A DNA stretch of 62,436 nucleotides, the filler included, from Sanchytrium tribonematis (Eukaryota), in assembly GCA_018985235.1 (NCBI GenBank). It is 6 parts of 6 records of this genome, joined end to end, with 100 filler letters (N's around TTAATTAATTAA, not from the genome) between each part and the next. Parts side by side here need not be neighbours in the genome. Positions count along the whole stretch, not along the records: positions 56,213 to 62,436 come from JADGIG010000543.1; 5 more parts are not named here. One strand, given 5' to 3'. The notes under the pieces are model-generated. The model ran no database searches, had not been told where the DNA came from, and saw only the letters and a program-made list of their open reading frames with translations. The translations under genes were made by a program, and so were the position numbers. Shown here in pieces: positions 58,415 to 62,436 of the stretch (position 1 is its first letter; each line of letters starts with the position of its first letter).

Positions 58415-61054
58415 TTAAGCATCCTTACTACTGCCTAAATCAAAGTTTAAATCTCTCTTTGTCTTCTTCTTTCGTTCAAATTTCATAAACGATGGTAATA
58501 TCACAATGATCATTGAATTAATCACCAATTTCACAATAGAAAGCAAACTCAAATTTACAAATTCATTCAATTTATAACTCGGTTTAAATGTTAAATTAGC
58601 ATATTTCGTTTGCAATCCTCTTGTTGAGTTTACAGATAAATAGGTGCTTCCTACATCAAGAGAAGTATTTGCTGTAGTTTTGAAAAACAACCTTCTGGTC
58701 AAAATGATTTCTAAATGAATAAAAAATACCTGGTATTTCAATTCCGTATTCAAATATTCAGTTGTTTCAGTGGTAAATGCCACTGACGAGACCTTATTTT
58801 CATTCGCGAATGGCTGAGTCGTGGCAGAAGATGGAGAATTTGTTAATACTAATGATGAGCTAGTAATTGTTGCTTCTGCTGTAGATGTACTTGAAATGAT
58901 CGTTGAGAATGGTGTAGAAGTACTTGCAATAGTCGCAATCTCAGAACTCATCACATTTAGTTTCAAAAAAGAATCTGAATTATTTACACAATTCCCCAAA
59001 TTAGTATAATTTAAAATGGGATTCTTGGTAATATCACAATATTGAAGCGTATTTGGTGCTGCAATATAGATATTAGAAATGGAATTGTTGTAAAGAAACA
59101 AATATTTCGTATAAGTCGATTGTAACATTGCAATTTCACCACTAATTTGATTAGAATTGACTTGATTTGGCATTCCTATAGCCAACAACCACATATTTAG
59201 TGGAAGTGTTGGTAATTCCGCAATAATTTTATTTGATTGCAAGTATAAATTGCTTAAACTAGCTGGAAATGGACCCGTTAGATTTGTAAATAAGTTGAAT
59301 GACAAATCTAAACCACTTACACCATTAGGAATTACTGGTATGGTACCACTTAATAAATTATTGCGAAAAACACCCGAATAAATTTGCTGAAAATCAGTGA
59401 TTGGTCCACTTAAAAGATTATTTTGTACTTCGAAATATAAAAAGGAAGAACTTGGAATGTTCACAGATCCACTAAATTGATTGTCATTTGCAGAATACTG
59501 AAAAGCATTAGGGGCTTGTGGCAATGTACCATTAAAATTGTTGTTATTTAATAAAAATTTTGTTGCAATTGGGAAGTTTTGAGGGACTGGACCACTAAAT
59601 TGATTAAAAGAGACTACGATTCCCTTTAATTGAGAAAAATCTGGTAACGTACCATTAATCTTGTTCATGGAAATATCTAAATATTTTAAATATTGAGGCA
59701 CTTGGCCAATTAATTTCACAAAATTGCAGCTGCTTAGTGCGACAATGGTGATTCCTGATGGCAATAAATCCATATCTAAAATGACATCAGGTCCATTTGT
59801 GCTGTAACCATACCAATCAATTTGATCTATAATCCCCTGCTTACAAATAATATCAATCATCGAGCAACAATCTTGTAACAAAGATTCGTAATAATCTGGT
59901 TTAGTGACATCCAATTTCATTGATTTTGCGAATATTGCAAGTTGTTCGCAGCCATATCCAGTCTTTAGAGGTAAATTTAATTGGCAATTGACTGGAAAAT
60001 TGGAAGAATTGGAAATTGGATTATTTTGAATCACGCAAGGATTCTCAGTACCACCAGCTGAACAACTACCGTCAATTAAATTGGCACTTGTAATATCATT
60101 ATTAGTGATATTCAAGTTGCAATTATTCTTCAAAATGCTTATTTCTCCATAAAAATGATTATTAGAAATATCCAAATTTTGAACTGTTTCTGCAGATATC
60201 CAATGAGACAAGTTACCCGTCAAATTGTTGTTTTTGACTGATAAGTAGTTTAATTTGATGACATTTGGTTCAAAAATACCACTTAATTGATTAATTCCCA
60301 GTACTAAAGTTGCCAAATTAACAAGATTTGGAATATTTCCAGTCAACAAGTTATTATGCGTTGCAAAGTAGGTCAAAGAGGTAGAAAATCCTGTAAGATT
60401 TCCACTTAATAGATTATCATGTAGAATAATGGTGTCCGCATTTGGTGGAAGCACACCAATTTCCCCCGAGAATTGATTGTGATTCAATCTGACATGACTC
60501 AAACTTGCTGGAAGTTTGTTGATCAAAGTCCCATTCAACTGATTCATTTCAGCATAAATGCGACTAGTAGAATACAAGCGTGGTAAATTACCCACAAATT
60601 TGTTTCTTGAAACCCCCAACACGCTCCCATGAAAATCAAAATCCAAATACCCTTCTAAATCGTTATTGTCAATAAACAGTGTATCCATTGTAGATGGAAT
60701 TGTCGCATTGAAGGTGCCACTCAGTTTGTTATTGGACATGTCAACATTCAAAGATGGTAATTTAAAATTCAAATTTCCCGTCAAAGCATTGATATGTAAA
60801 TATAACTCGGGTAATTCTGATGGATACTTTAAATCCGTCACATCCCCATCCAATTCTAATCCACTCCAATCGATATGATCTACATATCCATTAAAACACG
60901 ACATTCTCGTCAATTGATAAGGTAAACAGCAATCCAATTGGATATATGCGTACATCTTTGGTTGCTTACGATCTAAACCTAGTTTTTGTGCCATTTTGAT
61001 GACTATGTCGCAGTCTGGAATAACTCCAAAAACAAACAAATAGAGTAAAATCAT
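58415..61054 (-). CDS. LRR receptor-like protein (signal, two capped LRR blocks, S/T stalk, TM, short basic tail)
   Basis: MILLYLFVFG signal; repeated C...DCC...C..G.(V/I)D.IDW.G caps; NxLSG repeats; TM LSLLSIVKLVINSMIIVILPSF then KFERKKK. Confidence 0.88.
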   Translation of the reverse strand: MILLYLFVFGVIPDCDIVIKMAQKLGLDRKQPKMYAYIQLDCCLPYQLTRMSCFNGYVDHIDWSGLELDGDVTDLKYPSELPELYLHINALTGNLNFKLPSLNVDMSNNKLSGTFNATIPSTMDTLFIDNNDLEGYLDFDFHGSVLGVSRNKFVGNLPRLYSTSRIYAEMNQLNGTLINKLPASLSHVRLNHNQFSGEIGVLPPNADTIILHDNLLSGNLTGFSTSLTYFATHNNLLTGNIPNLVNLATLVLGINQLSGIFEPNVIKLNYLSVKNNNLTGNLSHWISAETVQNLDISNNHFYGEISILKNNCNLNITNNDITSANLIDGSCSAGGTENPCVIQNNPISNSSNFPVNCQLNLPLKTGYGCEQLAIFAKSMKLDVTKPDYYESLLQDCCSMIDIICKQGIIDQIDWYGYSTNGPDVILDMDLLPSGITIVALSSCNFVKLIGQVPQYLKYLDISMNKINGTLPDFSQLKGIVVSFNQFSGPVPQNFPIATKFLLNNNNFNGTLPQAPNAFQYSANDNQFSGSVNIPSSSFLYFEVQNNLLSGPITDFQQIYSGVFRNNLLSGTIPVIPNGVSGLDLSFNLFTNLTGPFPASLSNLYLQSNKIIAELPTLPLNMWLLAIGMPNQVNSNQISGEIAMLQSTYTKYLFLYNNSISNIYIAAPNTLQYCDITKNPILNYTNLGNCVNNSDSFLKLNVMSSEIATIASTSTPFSTIISSTSTAEATITSSSLVLTNSPSSATTQPFANENKVSSVAFTTETTEYLNTELKYQVFFIHLEIILTRRLFFKTTANTSLDVGSTYLSVNSTRGLQTKYANLTFKPSYKLNEFVNLSLLSIVKLVINSMIIVILPSFMKFERKKKTKRDLNFDLGSSKDA
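58711..58729 (-). other. Candidate 19-nt intron (gtattttttattcatttag) inside an open reading frame
   Basis: CAG|GTA donor, exact length, T12, A14, TTTAG acceptor; splicing would give YQ-KSF-stop. Confidence 0.55.
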
Positions 61055-61229
61055 GTTTGAGATCAAGCCACGTTTTGAGATGCGACACAAGTGGCAAGCT
61101 AACTCAACTCTAATTTTATTAAAAAGGAGAGCATTTCTTACTCCACTTCATTTGTTGAACAAGTCCCTTAACACGAATCAATGGGTAAATTAAAAACCAG
61201 ACATGATTGAAAAATAGATTGTCCTTTAT

Positions 61230-62054
61230 TTATTCCCCCAATGTGCTATTAAAATCCAAAATGCCATAACTCACTTGATTATCTGGTGAAATACGATAAA
61301 GTACATCTCCCACCAATTGCACATAAATGGCACCTACGCCACTAATTTGTGACCAATCTTTGGTATGTCGTGAATAACAATAAGCTGTATTATTATAAAC
61401 ACCACACATATTGGATCCAGAAGTTGAAACTTGTGAAATTGGCAAATTGCCATATTGAATCCATTTAGACTCATCTGTAGAATCTAATACATTCTCAGCA
61501 CAATAAACTTGATTACTTAATACCCCACAGATTCGTAATTGGTCCATGGAAGCTTGTTGTAATCTACCACCTCGAGGAGAAAACCAATCTCTTCCTTGAA
61601 ATTGACGATCTTTGCATAAAATACCATCTTTTTGAGAGACAACACAGACTATCCAGTATTTATCTGGTTGAGTAGTGGCACTGGTGACGATATCTGAGAA
61701 GCCTGTTAAATCTTGATCATCTTGTTGCCAATTTGGATATTGGATGTCATCTGTGCATTTCATTGTGTTATTTGTAGTCAAAATACAACCACCATTATGA
61801 TTTAATGTGATTGCTTTGACTTGTGTGGTCATATTAAACCATTCTGAGAGTTTTGCGACTGTGCTATTGGCATTATTGCAGAATAGAGATTGATCCACGT
61901 CACTTTTGAGGACACAAGTGCGTGAATCTGAGAATGCCATTTTGGATGCCATACTATAACCTCCATAAGCTGCTTTCCATTGGATGTCTATTTGGGAAAT
62001 CGAGTTGTAAATTGGTGCTGTTTGAGGGATTGCGTTTAAGATCTGATAAAGCAT
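61230..62054 (-). CDS. Tectonin-like beta-propeller (lectin-like) protein
   Basis: ~40-aa repeats W...G.L.Q.S....(I/M)CGV....vYC, e.g. GGRLQQASMDQLRICGVLSNQVYC, WSQISG; start uncertain. Confidence 0.65.
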   Translation of the reverse strand: MLYQILNAIPQTAPIYNSISQIDIQWKAAYGGYSMASKMAFSDSRTCVLKSDVDQSLFCNNANSTVAKLSEWFNMTTQVKAITLNHNGGCILTTNNTMKCTDDIQYPNWQQDDQDLTGFSDIVTSATTQPDKYWIVCVVSQKDGILCKDRQFQGRDWFSPRGGRLQQASMDQLRICGVLSNQVYCAENVLDSTDESKWIQYGNLPISQVSTSGSNMCGVYNNTAYCYSRHTKDWSQISGVGAIYVQLVGDVLYRISPDNQVSYGILDFNSTLGE

Positions 62055-62436
62055 TTTTATTGATTTGAAATATAGTGGGTATTTATGCACAATCGAAAGA
62101 TATCAGATACTTTAATTGGTTGGAAAAATGGTTCACAGGTGCTTGCCAATTTATTCGCAGACTTGGTATTAAAAAATTCACGTGCACTGCTAATGAAGGA
62201 CTTGGGATTGAGATGGGTGTGAATTTGTGGATATGAGATGGAATAGTTAAATTATACTATGGCTAATTTAATCAGAATTGAGAATCCAATGGTATTTTGA
62301 AAAATGGCAGAAATTCTCCTGATTTCATCCCATTTTAATAACAGAATGTCAAAATATCAGGGACTCGTGGTGGCTATAGCAGTCGGTATTGCATCATCTA
62401 TTTACATATATGCACCAATTATACGAGAATTGGAAA

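Noticed and set aside
468..60878. Numerous 60-160-aa ORFs antisense to or nested in long genes
   Set aside because: Shadow ORFs of real coding sequences with no independent motifs.

Overview
Eukaryotic, AT-rich, gene-dense DNA read with the standard code. It is six unrelated contigs (1-30760, 30861-37110, 37211-43450, 43551-49781, 49882-56112, 56213-end) joined by artificial 100-nt N-TTAATTAATTAA-N spacers. Gene content (fungal-type V-ATPase B, full-length talin, NCKAP1/Nap1, coronin, IFT88, ADCY10-type soluble adenylyl cyclase) suggests an early-diverging zoosporic/amoeboid fungus or close relative; this is inference. The main signal: all six split conserved genes are repaired by a GT-AG intron of exactly 19 nt with invariant T12 and A14 (branch-point candidate at -6). 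A seventh identical-looking element lies inside an open LRR-receptor ORF, where splicing would remove the membrane anchor. Other notable items: a Ty3/gypsy element whose Gag frame appears to start inside the LTR and read through the tRNA-Ala PBS; a Crinkler-type NTPase+restriction-endonuclease gene flanked by a ~200-bp duplication of host gene ends; stop codons fused to AATAAA; G/C runs just upstream of start codons; and tandem families of orphan secreted proteins with shared promoter/signal cassettes. All family assignments are by motif recognition; no searches were run.
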